Source: Macrostomum lignano
Lineage: Eukaryota
Direction: 5' to 3'
Length of the DNA: 64,000 nt
Assembly: GCA_002269645.1 (NCBI GenBank)
Contig: NIVC01002241.1
Location: 126,434 to 190,433, forward strand
Part shown: positions 1 to 11,537 of the stretch, in pieces
Layout: the number at the start of each line of letters is the position of its first letter
Numbering within the stretch: the first letter of the stretch is position 1
The notes under the pieces: generated by a model
What the model was told of the DNA's origin: nothing
The model's database searches: none
What the model saw: the letters and a program-made list of their open reading frames with translations, nothing else
Translations under genes and position numbers: made by a program

Positions 1-33
1 GAAGTAGCATTTGTGATAATTTTGTGTTAAAAT

Positions 34-1501
34 TGTGAAGGCCTGAAGGCCACCTGGTGGGGTGGGTTTTGGGGTTTTGAGCTCAGCCAATCAGAGACGA
101 CCTGACTGCCCCCGGTCGTCCAATCAGAAAATTTGGCGCATTTTAACAAAAGCTCTCAGCCAATCAGAAAATTCGGCGCGCGTTATAACAAATCGGCCGC
201 ATGAGAGCTATAAAAAGGCGGCAATTCGACCCGCGCTCGAAAGAACTCGGGGCCTGATACTGCCTTCAGGCTCTTCTCCCTTCGGGTCCTGCCGACCTGA
301 TCCCACTTCCCCCGGCAGTTTCGGCTTCAACAGCTAAGTTCCCCCTGAGAAGCATTATCAATATCTCCCGGCAGTGATCTAAGAGCAGCAACGACAACCG
401 GAAAGTGAAGAGTACCGGCGGCACTCGTCAGCTAAGATCAGCAGCAGCATCCCATCCGAGCGCTTCGGTCTCTGCGGATCCCTTGGCTACCGGCAGTTAG
501 GTCCTCTGATTGGTTTGGTGAAAGGCTTTCTTGACCTGCTTAACTGGGTGCGCCCTTTGTCTGACCCCTTCCTAGGTAGTCTGATAGGATTTGCACTTTT
601 GCTTACTTTCTTTTTGTGTGCCAAACTCGAGGCAGAAGTGTCAGTTAATACTAAAAGTAGCTATTTGCTCTGACTCAATGTAAGGCGTTTAGGATTGCGG
701 ATTAAGTAAGAAAGTTAAATCTGGAAGTTAGACTTAGCGTTTTCTTTCTTTTTCGCAATGCCAGCTGAGATGAGTGGCTAGATCTAGGAGCAGAGGTCAC
801 AGTGGACCGGAACCGGCACAGTCCCCAGTCAATCAGTCGATCTCGGAAATCATGATAAGCATGCAACCTAAGTGCCAGACTTGTGCTTTCGCGCAGTCTC
901 AGGCAGCTAAGCGGCTGAAACGAGTTAAATGTTAGTCTAGAGATCTCCAAAGGCGGCAATACACCTACATCATCGCTATCTGTCGACGCGTTAACACATT
1001 TAGTGCCAAAAGTGTGCAGTTACATGTACTTGTACATGTACTTATGGGAATTGGTAATGAAGTAGTACATTTAGTATAGTGTATGAAGGCTCGCCAGCGC
1101 AAGAACATCCTGCAAAAGTCCTCTCTGTCCCTGCATGGCCAATGTGATCTTAGTCCCAGCAGCGTCCCTTCTATTCGGCTATGACTTCGAGATTGACAGC
1201 TAAAAGACACTAGGTGGCAGGTAAGTGCAATGCCCCTCTAGTCGGAAGTCCGATTTCGATAGCTCCGGTTTGGTGAGCTGGGGCGCACGGACTGGTGGCA
1301 GCGGGTTAGTTAATCTGCGGATTAGCTAATCTCTACCTTTCAAATTCTCCCTGCTTGTCTCTCGCTGTCTTCTCCTAGCTATAGGACCTTGCTGCTCGCC
1401 CACAATCTTGCTACCACGGGGCTGACCATCTGACAGGAGTGAGAGGCCGGAGCTTTAAGTGATTAATTTCTGAGTTCCGAGGCCCGAAGCTACAGCCTAC
1501 A
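34..1501 (+). mobile_element. Possible solo-LTR-like or other non-coding retroelement segment
   Basis: Starts TGTGAAGG, carries the CCAAT/TATA module, has no credible ORF, and contains a donor-like CAGGTAAGT (~1218) and TGGTGGCAGCG (Leu-tRNA PBS-like, ~1293). No TSD or partner LTR was found, so the boundaries are uncertain. Confidence 0.3.
87..215 (+). promoter_or_regulatory. Pol II promoter-like module: three CCAAT boxes plus TATA box
   Basis: CCAATCAG at 87, 120 and 160, followed by CTATAAAAAGG (TATAAAA 209-215) at classic spacing. Confidence 0.6.
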
Positions 1502-1589
1502 GGCTTAAAAAGGCCGAAACCCATCATATTATTTTAGGACGAAATACAATTTGTCCTAACGGGCAGATGTGAAACCGACAGCTCAGCCG

Positions 1590-1850
1590 CATTTACATGT
1601 ACGCTCGTATATTACGCGGCGTATCTGAAGGCTGCTGTTCAGTCGAGGGACTTGGGGGTCGCCACACACACCCTCAATTACCCCAGCTAATGCTGGCACC
1701 AATTTTACAGCTGGGTGAACTGAAGCAATGCAGATCGTCGTCTTGCTGAAGGACACAAATTGATCTACTAGTTGAATCTCGGGATTGGGAATCAAACCCT
1801 CGACCTTCACGTTGTGAGTCAGACGCTCTAACCACTAGGCTACAACCCCC
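1590..1850 (-). mobile_element. tRNA-derived SINE with CORE-like central domain
   Basis: The minus strand reads GGGGTTGTAGCCTAGTGGTTAGAGCGTCTGACTCACAACGTGAAGGTCGAGGGTTTGATTCCC (A and B boxes). It continues GTGTCCTTCAGCAAGAC...GCTTCAGTTCACCCAGCTGTAAAATTGG, resembling the MIR/CORE domain. Confidence 0.7.
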
Positions 1851-2435
1851 TTTAGTACACGAACATGCACTACAAAGACAGTTACAACAAAGGGTACGTA
1901 CATGTGTAATAACAAGTTTAAGGATTTTGGGGTTAGGGATCAGGAGCTTAGAATGACTGAATTGTTTGACGCTTACCCTGGATCACAACATTTCAAGGGG
2001 TAAAGTTATAAGCATTCGCAAATTTTTTTCCAATTTCTAAAGGTTTCGACGAATACATGTATTATTAGTTATTTCAGCTGCCATAATTTTTATATTCGGA
2101 CGTGCAGCTCTTTCGGAGAAAGATATACACTGATAATTGAGCGAAAATCGAGATTAGATTAAAAAGAACCATAAAGACTAAACACGCCGATACGGATAAG
2201 AATAGCGTTGGAAATAGACCATAAGTCACAGAGCCGAGTAGAGAGCTGCAGCTCTCGTGCCAGGCATTGGAGCAGTTAACAAAGATAAGCCCTCCATAGC
2301 ATTTCCAACCTCTCTGCATTGCCCCTCCTCGACGCCTGTGCATAAAAGTGTAGGCGAAGCCTCGCTCTAAATCTTTAAAAAATAGAATTCTCAAACTTCT
2401 TTGAGCCAACAAGCAATAGCCGAGAAAGCCGTGCC

Positions 2436-2990
2436 ATGACCCGGCGCATTCTTATCGCTGTGGACGGCAGCGACCACAGCCATCGGGCCGTGGCCTTTTA
2501 CGCCGACAACATGAACAAGTCGTCCGATGTTCTCATCTTCACGTACGCCATCGAGCCGCCGGCGCTGCCGCGGGGCACCGGCGCCAGCCTGATGGCCAAC
2601 TCCGAAGTGTACGCCAACATGATGAAGGACGCAATGAAAGCCGGCAGCCAGATTGGCAAAGCGGTGCGGGAGCGCTGCCGCCAGCTGGGCGTCAGTAACG
2701 AGACCAAATTCGTGGAACGAGTGACCAACAATCCCGGCCAGTCAATTGTCGAGGTGGCCAAAGAGGAGAACGTCAGCATCATCATCATGGGCAACCGCGG
2801 AATGGGCACTCTGCGCCGTACATTCCTTGGCAGCGTGTCCGACTACGTGCTGCACCACGCCCACCGGCCCGTGCTGATCATTCCGCCAGAGAAGCCGGCC
2901 AGCAGGAAGTCCTCTGTGGACAATCGCAAGTCGTCTGCTGACGCTCGCAAGGCTTCGACAGACAAGAAGCCGACCGGGGCCGGGGTCTGA
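2436..2990 (+). CDS. Universal stress protein (UspA family), intronless, 184 aa
   Basis: N-terminal RILIAVDGSDHS and C-terminal IIMGNRGMGTLRRTFLGSVSDYVLHHAHRPVLIIP are USP signature motifs. ATG is in GCCATG context. Confidence 0.92.
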   Translation: MTRRILIAVDGSDHSHRAVAFYADNMNKSSDVLIFTYAIEPPALPRGTGASLMANSEVYANMMKDAMKAGSQIGKAVRERCRQLGVSNETKFVERVTNNPGQSIVEVAKEENVSIIIMGNRGMGTLRRTFLGSVSDYVLHHAHRPVLIIPPEKPASRKSSVDNRKSSADARKASTDKKPTGAGV

Positions 2991-4001
2991 TGCCATCGTA
3001 TTAACGGAGTTGCTAACTCCTATTTTAGACACCCACAGACTACTTATAATAAGTAATATTATTAATAGTTAGAAGAAACGTATCAGACCACATGACAAAG
3101 CCGCTACTGCTGGACAAAGCAAACATAATAAGCAATATTGGTTGGTTCTCGCCTCGGTTTTGTCTTCTTTGTTGTTTTAATTTTTTTATAAATGCAAACT
3201 GAAACTGGATCAGAGAAACCCTGAAAACTGGAATGCACAGCCTACGGTGTTTATCAGCGGATAAATGTGCAATGCTTTCACTGGTTTTTAATCTGCATTG
3301 CTTATGCTAGAAACTTGAGCAAGCATGAAAGAAATCTCTATAGCGTTTGATAAACCAAACCGGTTTAGATAAAATTACACTGCTGGCTAAACTGTAAAGC
3401 AGTAAAGCAGAAAAATCTTGGATTGATTTGAAGCAAAACAGAGAGTAAAAAACGCACCAGAACCTTTTGGGCTAGGAGAAACTCGATTTGTTTTAATCAG
3501 ATATCTTTTATTTCTTTTCAGCTAGACAAAACAATAAGTAAAAGCTTAGTTAGACGAGTCCGCAATCAAAAGTATATTAAGAGGGCATGTATCGCCCCAG
3601 AATCGTTTACAGGTAACACAGATAAAATAGGAGAGAAGTGACTCTAGAAGATTATAAAACGACGAAATGTCACGACTTTGGAACCGCAGAGCCGTGTCTG
3701 AAACGTGCTAGAGTCGCTGTAGAACCACTGAGTTGCGTCTAAAGCGTCTATAACTCTATTGAGTCTTTTATAGTTTTTAGTATATTCAAGTATTTAGTAG
3801 AAACTTAAGCGCCAACACCAACGAACTTTTGGACGACTCAGGGTCCCGTTGAAGTGATTGTGAAGTCTCTCACGCGGAAATACATAACTAAATCTATACT
3901 GAAACAATGCATTGAAACAATAATAATTCCTATATTACTGACAACCAATTGCAATCCGATTTAAATATAGCAGGGAATCTTTACATCTCATTTCAAATAT
4001 A

Positions 4002-4157
<156 letters not shown>

Positions 4158-4567
4158 CAAGACGCCATGGTGCGAGCGGTCTGAATGAATGGACATGAAG
4201 CTATGCGAACACAAAGACACAGTCTTACCCCTAGTAATAAAAATGATATGATTTATGCCAATAATCTACCGAATGAAAGCCGACCAATTGAAGTTAAATA
4301 ATACGCTCAATGCAAAACTGTGGCAAAACAGTCTGGGAAGTCAGAAAAGGCCAGGTAACATCCCGAATGTTAATTATAACAATATTAGTAGGAGCGCAAG
4401 GCCGGCAGTATATCAATACGTTACTAAGGGGATGGTTTTTAGGTAGCTATTAAATAGATTCAACAGAACCTAACATGGTAAAAATGAACAGCAGCAACAG
4501 ACTCGAACTAACCAGGAAATAAAATCTTTGCTTTTCTATTTGTTTATTTGTTTATTGTTTTGTTGTC

Positions 4568-4646
4568 TCATTCGCTGACTGGGATGCCCTGCTCAGCGTC
4601 CGCCTTGTCTGGGCACTCTTTGGATACATGGCCTGGCTTCTGGCAG
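4568..4646 (-). CDS. CNBP: CNBP-like, coding exon 3
   Basis: CTAACAG|C TGC CAG AAG encodes (N)CQKPGHVSKECPDKADAEQGIPVSE-stop. AATAAA signals follow (forward TTTATT at ~4542-4556). Confidence 0.9.
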
Positions 4647-4705
4647 CTGTTAGTGAAGATTGACATTTTGCTTTCGAGTATATGCAAATATGCTGCGAGC
4701 TGGGT

Positions 4706-5757
4706 GACTGAGGTTCTGGGAGGCTGGCCCAGCAACTGGGGATCTGGGAGGCTGGCCCAGCAACTGAGGATCTGGGAGGCTGGCCCAGCAACTGACACTC
4801 TGGGAGGCTGGCCCAGCAACTGGGGATCTGGGAGACTGGCCCAGCAACTGGGGATCTGGGAGGCTGGCCCAGCAACTGAGGATCTGGGAGGCTGGCCCAG
4901 CAACTGACACTCTGGGAGGCTGGCCCAGCAACTGGGGATCTGGGAGACTGGCCCAGCAACTGGGGATCTGGGAGGCTGGCCCAGCAACTGAGGATCTGGG
5001 AGGCTGGCCCAGCAACTGGGGATCTGGGAGGCTGGCCCAGCAACTGACACTCTGGGAGGCTGGCCCAGCAACTGTGGATCTGGGAGGCTGGCCCAGCAAC
5101 TGGGGATCTGGGAGGCTGGCCCAGCAACTGACACTCTGGGAGGCTGGCCCAACAACTGAGGATCTGGGAGGCTGGCCCAGCAACTGACACTCTGGGAGGC
5201 TGGCCCAGCAACTGTGGATCTGGGAGGCTGGCCCAGCAACTGGGGATCTGGGAGGCTGGCCCAGCAACTGTGGATCTGGGAGGCTGGCCCAGCAACTGAC
5301 ACTCTGGGAGGCTGGCCCAGCAACTGGGGATCTGGGAGGCTGGCCCAGCAACTGGGGATCTGGGAGGCTGGCCCAACAACTGAGGATCTGGGAGGCTGGC
5401 CCAGCAACTGACACTCTGGGAGGCTGGCCCAGCAACTGACACTCTGGGAGGCTGGCCCAGCAACTGGCCCAGCAACTCTGGGAGGCTGGCCCAGCAACTG
5501 GGGATCTGGGAGGCTGGCCCAGCAACTGTGGATCTGGGAGGCTGGCCCAGCAACTGGGGATCTGGGAGGCTGGCCCAGCAACTGGGGATCTGGGAGGCTG
5601 GACCAGCAACTGACACTCTGGGAGGCTGGCCCAACAACTGAGGATCTGGGAGGCTGGCCCAGCAACTGGGGATCTGGGAGACTGGCCCAGCAACTGGGGA
5701 TCTGGGAGACTGGCCCAGCAACTGGGGATCTGGGAGACTGGCCCAGCAACTGGGGAG
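4706..5757. repeat. 28-bp minisatellite in CNBP intron 2
   Basis: Unit TCTGGGAGGCTGGCCCAGCAACTG(A/G/T)GGA with an ACAC variant, about 37 copies. Confidence 0.97.
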
Positions 5758-5783
5758 CTCCAAGCGCACAGGGCTACACTTAC

Positions 5784-5921
5784 TTATAGCAGATTGGCTG
5801 TCCAGTTTTAGCCTGCGTGCACTCGCGGCTCAGATGGCCGACTTGGCCGCAGTTGTAGCAAGACCGATCCTCCGCTGCGCTATTCGGGCAATCTTTGGCC
5901 AGGTGAGTTTTGTCTCCGCAT
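5784..5921 (-). CDS. CNBP: CNBP-like, coding exon 2
   Basis: AAACAG|A TGC GGA... encodes (R)CGDKTHLAKDCPNSAAEDRSCYNCGQVGHLSRECTQAKTGQPICY(N) and ends AA|GTAAGT. It is 138 nt and the phases match both neighbours. It is absent from the ORF track. Confidence 0.92.
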
Positions 5922-6214
5922 CTGTTTCAGGCAAATTGGGCATAAGAATGGATGACAAAATCCTAATAGTGCTACTCAAGACAGTAAGCGATTGAAATAA
6001 TCTGTTTTCTTGTAGCCTACTAGACTAGCTCTCGTTTGCTTGTAAACTCAATTATAGGCTTGCAGAGCAAATAACTAAAGAGCTGATGGATTTTATAGCA
6101 CATTCCCTGTTGATGCAGTCGTATTGGCGACAAAAAAGTATGGCCACGAATCCTTAAATAATCAGGATTAATTAAGTCTCAGTGGAGGACGGTTGATACA
6201 TGATCGGTAGAATA

Positions 6215-8668
6215 GGGAGGCAGAGAAGGGGAGGCAGATAAAGGGAAGGCAGAGAAAGGGAGGCAGAGAAAGAGGCAGAGAAAGGGAGGCAGAGAAAGGG
6301 AGGCAGAGAAAGGGAGGCAGAGAAAGAGGCAGAGAAAGAGGCAGAGAAAGGGAGGCAGAGAAAGGGAGGCAGAGAAAGGGAGGCAGAGAAAGAGAGGCAG
6401 AGAAAGGGAGGCAGAGAAGGGGAGGCAGAGAAAGAGGCAGAGAAAGAGGCAGAGAAAGGGAGGCAGAGAAAGGGAGGCAGAGAAAGAGGCAGAGAAAGGG
6501 AGGCAGAGAAAGAGGCAGAGAAAGGGAGGCAGAGAAAGGGAGGCAGAGAAAGAGGCAGAGAAAGGGAGGCAGAGAAAGGGAGGCAGAGAAAGGGAGGCAG
6601 AGAAGGGGAGGCAGAGAAAGGGAGGCAGAGAAGGGGAGGCAGAGAAAGGGAGGCAGAGAAGGGGAGGCAGAGAAAGAGGCAGAGAAAGGGAGGCAGAGAA
6701 AGGGAGGCAGAGAAAGAGGCAGAGAAAGAGGCAGAGAAAGGGAGGCAGAGAAAGGGAGGCAGAGAAAGAGGCAGAGAAAGAGGCAGAGAAAGGGAGGCAG
6801 AGAAAGAGGCAGAGAAAGGGAGGCAGAGAAAGGGAGGCAGAGAAAGGGAGGCAGAGAAAGGGAGGCAGAGAAAGGGAGGCAGAGAAAGGGGAGGCAGAGA
6901 AAGGGAGGCAGAGAATGAGACAGAGAAAGAGAGGCAGAGAAAGAGGCAGAGAAAGGGAGGCAGAGAAAGGGAGGCAGAGAAAGGGGAGGCAGAGAAAGGG
7001 AGGCAGAGAACGAGGCAGAGAAAGGGAGGCAGAGAAAGAGGCAGAGAAAGGGAGGCAGAGAAAGGGAGGCAGAGAAAGGGAGGCAGAGAAAGAGAGGCAG
7101 AGAAAGGGAGGCAGAGAAAGAGGCAGAGAAAGGGACAGAGAAAGGGAGGCAGAGAAAGAGGCAGAGAAAGGGAGGCAGAGAAAGAGAGGCAGAGAAAGAG
7201 AGGCAGAGAAAGGGAGGCAGAGAAAGGGAGGCAGAGAAAGGGAGGCAGAGAAGCAGAGAAAGAGAGGCAGAGAAAGGGAGGCAGAGAAAGAGAGGCAGAG
7301 AAAGGGAGGCAGAGAAGGGGAGGCAGAGAAAGAGGCAGAGAAAGGGAGGCAGAGAAAGGGAGGCAGAGAAAGAGGCAGAGAAAGAGGCAGAGAAAGGGAG
7401 GCAGAGAAAGGGAGGCAGAGAAAGAGGCAGAGAAAGAGGCAGAGAAAGGGAGGCAGAGAAAGAGGCAGAGAAAGGGAGGCAGAGAAAGGGAGGCAGAGAA
7501 AGGGAGGCAGAGAAAGGGAGGCAGAGAAAGGGAGGCAGAGAAAGGGGAGGCAGAGAAAGGGAGGCAGAGAATGAGACAGAGAAAGAGAGGCAGAGAAAGA
7601 GGCAGAGAAAGGGAGGCAGAGAAAGGGAGGCAGAGAAAGGGGAGGCAGAGAAAGGGAGGCAGAGAAAGAGGCAGAGAAAGAGGCAGAGAAAGGGAGGCAG
7701 AGAAAGAGAGGCAGAGAAAGAGAGGCAGAGGAAGGGAGGCAGAGGAAGGGAGGCAGAGAAGGGGAGGCAGATAAATGGAGGCAGAGAAAGGGAGGCAGAG
7801 AAAGGGAGGCAGAGAAGCAGAGAAAGAGAGGCAGAGAAAGGGAGGCAGAGAAAGAGAGGCAGAGAAAGGGAGGCAGAGAAAGAGGCAGAGAAAGGGGAGG
7901 CAGAGAAAGGGAGGCAGAGAAAGAGGCAGAGAAAGGGAGGCAGAGAAAGAGGCAGAGAAAGGGAGACAGAGAAAGGGAGGCAGAGGAAGGGAGGCAGAGA
8001 AAGAGGCAGAGAAAGGGGAGGCAGAGAAAGGGAGGCAGAGAAAGAGGCAGAGAAAGGGAGGCAGAGAAAGAGGCAGAGAAAGAGGCATAGAAAGGGAGGC
8101 AGAGAAAGAGAGGCAGAGAAAGAGAGGCAGAGAAAGGGAGGCAGAGGAAGGGAGGCAGAGAAAGGGGAGGCAGAAAAAGGGAGGCAGAGAAAGAGGCAGA
8201 GAAAGGGAGGCAGAGAAAGAGGCAGAGAAAGAGAGGCAGAGAAAGAGAGGCAGAGAAAGGGGAGGCAGAGGAAGGGAGGCAGAGAAGGGGAGGCAGAGAA
8301 AGGGAGGCAGAGAAAGGGAGGCAGAGAAAGGGAGGCAGAGAAAGGGAGGCAGAGAAAGGGAGGCAGAGAAAGAGAGGCAGAGAAAGGGAGGCAGAGAAAG
8401 AGAGGCAGAGAAAGGGAGGCAGAGAAAGAGGCAGAGGAAGGGAGGCAGAGAAAGGGAGGCAGAGAAAGGGAGGCAGAGAAAGGGAGGCAGAGAAAGAGGC
8501 AGAGAAAGGGAAGCAGAGAAAGAGGCAGAGAAAGGGAGGCAGAGAAAGGGAGGCAGAGAAAGGGAGGCAGAGAAAGGGAGGCAGAGAAAGGGAGGCAGAG
8601 AAAGGGAGGCAGAGAAAGGGAGGCAGAGAAAGAGGCAGAGAAAGGGAGGCAGAGAAAGAGGCAGAGAA
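6215..8668. repeat. ~2.45-kb purine/pyrimidine-asymmetric 12-15-bp minisatellite in CNBP intron 1
   Basis: Core GAGGCAGAGAAAG(G) with length variants. The + strand is almost all purine. Confidence 0.98.
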
Positions 8669-8757
8669 GTGAGCGTGAGGGAATATAGCGCATGATATGA
8701 TCGTAAAACGTACAACATTTTCCCCAAGGCAAACAATGCAAGGAACAAAATGCAAAC

Positions 8758-9176
8758 CTGTAGCAAGATTTCACCAAAGGATCCGGACAGTCGCGCTGAA
8801 TGTGCTCAGACGAGCCGCAGTTGTAGCAGGCCCCGGCAACAATATCTCGCTGGCATTGACTGGCCACATGGCCAAGGCAGTTGCACTTGTAGCAGCGGGT
8901 CAGGCCGCCCCGGTAGCAGTTGCGGGCCAGGTGGCCGGATCGGTTGCACTTGAAGCACACCGGCACGCCGTTATTGTCAACAATACCGCCGCCGTCGCTG
9001 CCTCCATCTTGCCGGTTGGCTCGTCGACTGCGACCGCGACTGCGACCTCGCCCGCCGCCGCCACCGCCTCGGCCGGTTTTTCTTTGTTGGCCAGCAGCGC
9101 CAGCACCGTCGCCTCGTTCATTGGGACAGTCGCGGGCAAAGTGGCCAACCTCTCCGCAGTTGTAGCAGCTGGACAT
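8758..9176 (-). CDS. CNBP: CNBP/ZNF9-like CCHC zinc-knuckle protein, coding exon 1 of 3 (join 9176-8758, 5921-5784, 4646-4568; 211 aa)
   Basis: ATG at 9176 (MSSCYNCGEVGHFARDC), an RGG/Gly-rich box, and knuckles 1-4. The exon ends TGC TAC AG|GTTTGC. The spliced product has 7 CX2CX4HX4C knuckles, as in vertebrate CNBP. Confidence 0.92.
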
Positions 9177-9717
9177 TGCTTCAAAAATGTTCACTTTTAG
9201 ACTTGGCTATTTTATCTTAGCAGACGACTGCTTTAGTTGCTGACACCTAGCAGCAACTGGAATTTGCATTGGATTATAAACTTGCTATTAAAAGCTTGAA
9301 AACAAAAAAGGATATTTTTCTTAAATATTTAGATAATAAACTGTACTGATTCTTAAACTATTTAAATATATCTTATTTAGATGATTTATAGGAAGGCTGC
9401 CTATACATAGTACTAAACTTTTAACCAATCAATATATAATTTTGGGGATACAAAAGAAAGTAAACAAAGTTTATATCACATAAAAGTAAACTAGAGTATA
9501 ATATTTTGATATAGCAAAGATAGTGTACTAAAATAAATAATGAAATAATAAAATATACATTGAGCTAAAAGGGAAAACATAACCAGGCATAAAAATAGAA
9601 TACTATTTCAATAGCCCTTTTTAGATAATTATAATATGAGCTACAAAAAATTATTTATAGCTATGGCCTAGGCCATGGTTAGGTGTAGGCCCCTATAGGT
9701 AGAATTTTTGAAGGATA

Positions 9718-10699
9718 CGAGGGGTGTCTTAAAAGTCGGTGCACTTTCTTTACAACAGCCTTTTCTGACCGATCAGAAATATTTATTTTGTAGCAGTTAA
9801 CAAGAGAATTATCTGCCCGTTAAAATGACTTTCTATTTATTTCTGTATCTGCTGGCATTATATAGATATGAGCAATTTTATGCCCCACCACCTGTGCTAC
9901 TTCTACAAATTACCATAGACCAAAGCTTTGTACCTGATGCACGAAACAATCAACGAATCAATAAAACATCCGCAGCATGAAAGCTGAGGAAAGAACAGTC
10001 AAAAGTTAATCATCAAAATTGTCCTGAGGCTTCTCCACATAGTCACCACTGCGCTGCACACTTCTGCTATCAGCTGTGCATGTCGTCAAGGGCATCAGCA
10101 ATATCTGAGCGCGGCATACCATGAAGGAGAACTTGGCGAGTCAATGCTTCCCTAGGCTCCCACAACAAGCAAAGATTCGTCCATGCAGCAGCTTCTTTAT
10201 CTTTAAAAAGATGGAAAAGTCAGCTGTCAACAAATTCGGAGAGAAGGCGTTGGTGTGAGAGCAGCTCAAAATTTGCCTGCTCGATCGTCTCCTCCGTATT
10301 CTTGGCCGTGTGGGGACTTGCATTGTCATGGTGCAGAAGGTGCGGAGCCACGGTAATTAGTGGGCCGAGATCTTTGACAGTTCCAACTCCGCAGTCATGG
10401 TGCGGTATGGAACAGTGAACTTTGGACTGCGGATTTCATGCTGCGGATGTTTTGTTGATTCGTTAAATGTTTCGTTGTTTCGTGCATTAGGTACAAAGCT
10501 TTGGTCTATGGCAATTTGTAGAGTAGTAGCACAGGGGTGGGGCATAAAATTGCTCATATCTATAGAATGCCAGCAGATACAGAAATGAATAGAAAGTCAT
10601 TTTAACGGGCAGATAATTCTCTGTTAACTGCTACAAAATAAATATTTCTGATCGGTCAGAAAAGGCTGTTGTAAAGAAAGTGCACCGACTTTTGGGACA
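9718..10699 (-). mobile_element. Non-autonomous mariner derivative with ~260-bp inverted arms and a C-terminal transposase remnant
   Basis: The left end is TA|CGAGGGGTGTC. Region 9725-9980 is the inverted copy of ~10430-10699. The minus strand encodes LLHHDNASPHTA, SPNLLTADFSIFLKIKKLLHGRIF and QKC...GDYVEK (mariner motifs). The outermost bases of the right end are missing. Confidence 0.8.
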
Positions 10700-10951
10700 T
10701 TTGGGACAGTTATTTTTGAAAGCAGAATAAATTATTTCCATAGTTGATATCTATATCATACTTTGGTAGTGCAAACTCCCACTTGAAGTTCTATTATTTT
10801 AAATTTTCTAATAACATATTATGGACTAACGGTAGACTTTCCCATTTTTCCGTTGCCCTGTTTGTGGCCCTATCTGCCTACCCTATGGCGCAGTTCTATG
10901 CCATATTTTTCGGTCCACATTCTGGCCTACCTTACCCCTTTTCTGGCCTTG

Positions 10952-11469
10952 TGTGGTAGTTGCGGACTCCCACTAACAATTTTTTTTAATTTCATAATAA
11001 TATTTTACGGACTCTCCCATTTGCCGCCGCCCCATTTCTGGCCCTACCTGTCTACCCCCCCCCGGCGAAATCTATGACGTGTTTTGTCCCTCTTTCTGGT
11101 ATAACTGCTCTGAGACTTCAACGTTCCGTAATACAAAATTACGGTGGTGGCAGCGCTACTTTACTGGAAGTAATCAGTCAAGCATTCGAGGTACATCAAT
11201 TTGGTGTCTGAGGACCCTATCTGAACGCTCGCGCCTAACAAAGACTGCTCGTCTACGACCAAACTACCCTCCCCCCGGAATTGAGGACCCCGGCAGCCGG
11301 AGTAACAGGAGAAATTTCGTTGAGATTTGTCTGCGCAATATTTCCAGATTTAATTCGTGCAAATTCAACGTCGGCGGCAATTCAAAATAAAACCGCCCCA
11401 CCTCATTGGTGTCAGCAAACCCTGCCAAATTTACCGCCAAATATATTTTCATTCTCAGCCCCCACCTCA
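10952..11469 (+). repeat. 5' LTR
   Basis: TGTGGTAG...CCCCCACCTCA lies immediately before the PBS and is colinear with 19364-20965. An older partial copy of its start lies at ~10764-10951. Confidence 0.75.
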
Positions 11470-11470
11470 C

Positions 11471-11491
11471 TGGTGGTCAGCTAAGTGGGAT
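11471..11491 (+). promoter_or_regulatory. Primer-binding site, tRNA-Leu type
   Basis: TGGTGGTCAGCTAAGTGGGAT matches TGGTGTCAGAAGTGGGAT (complement of the tRNA-Leu CAA/CAG 3' end) with small insertions. Confidence 0.65.
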
Positions 11492-11537
11492 ATCGAAACG
11501 CCACAACCCATTCGACGAGTCGTTCAGAATCTACGCT

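Noticed and set aside
1496-1530. Hammerhead-like stem GGCTT-AAAA-AGGCC-GAAAC (also GGCCGAAAC at ~38805)
   Set aside because: The obligatory CUGANGA core is absent upstream in both cases.
4548-5769. 347-405-aa repetitive ORFs
   Set aside because: These are translations of the 28-bp minisatellite. Only 4646-4568 is a true exon.
6168-9194. 1008-, 864- and 858-aa ORFs and the Arg/Glu-rich + strand ORFs
   Set aside because: These are stop-free translations of the intronic 12-15-bp repeat. The real CNBP frame leaves at the GT donor at 8757.
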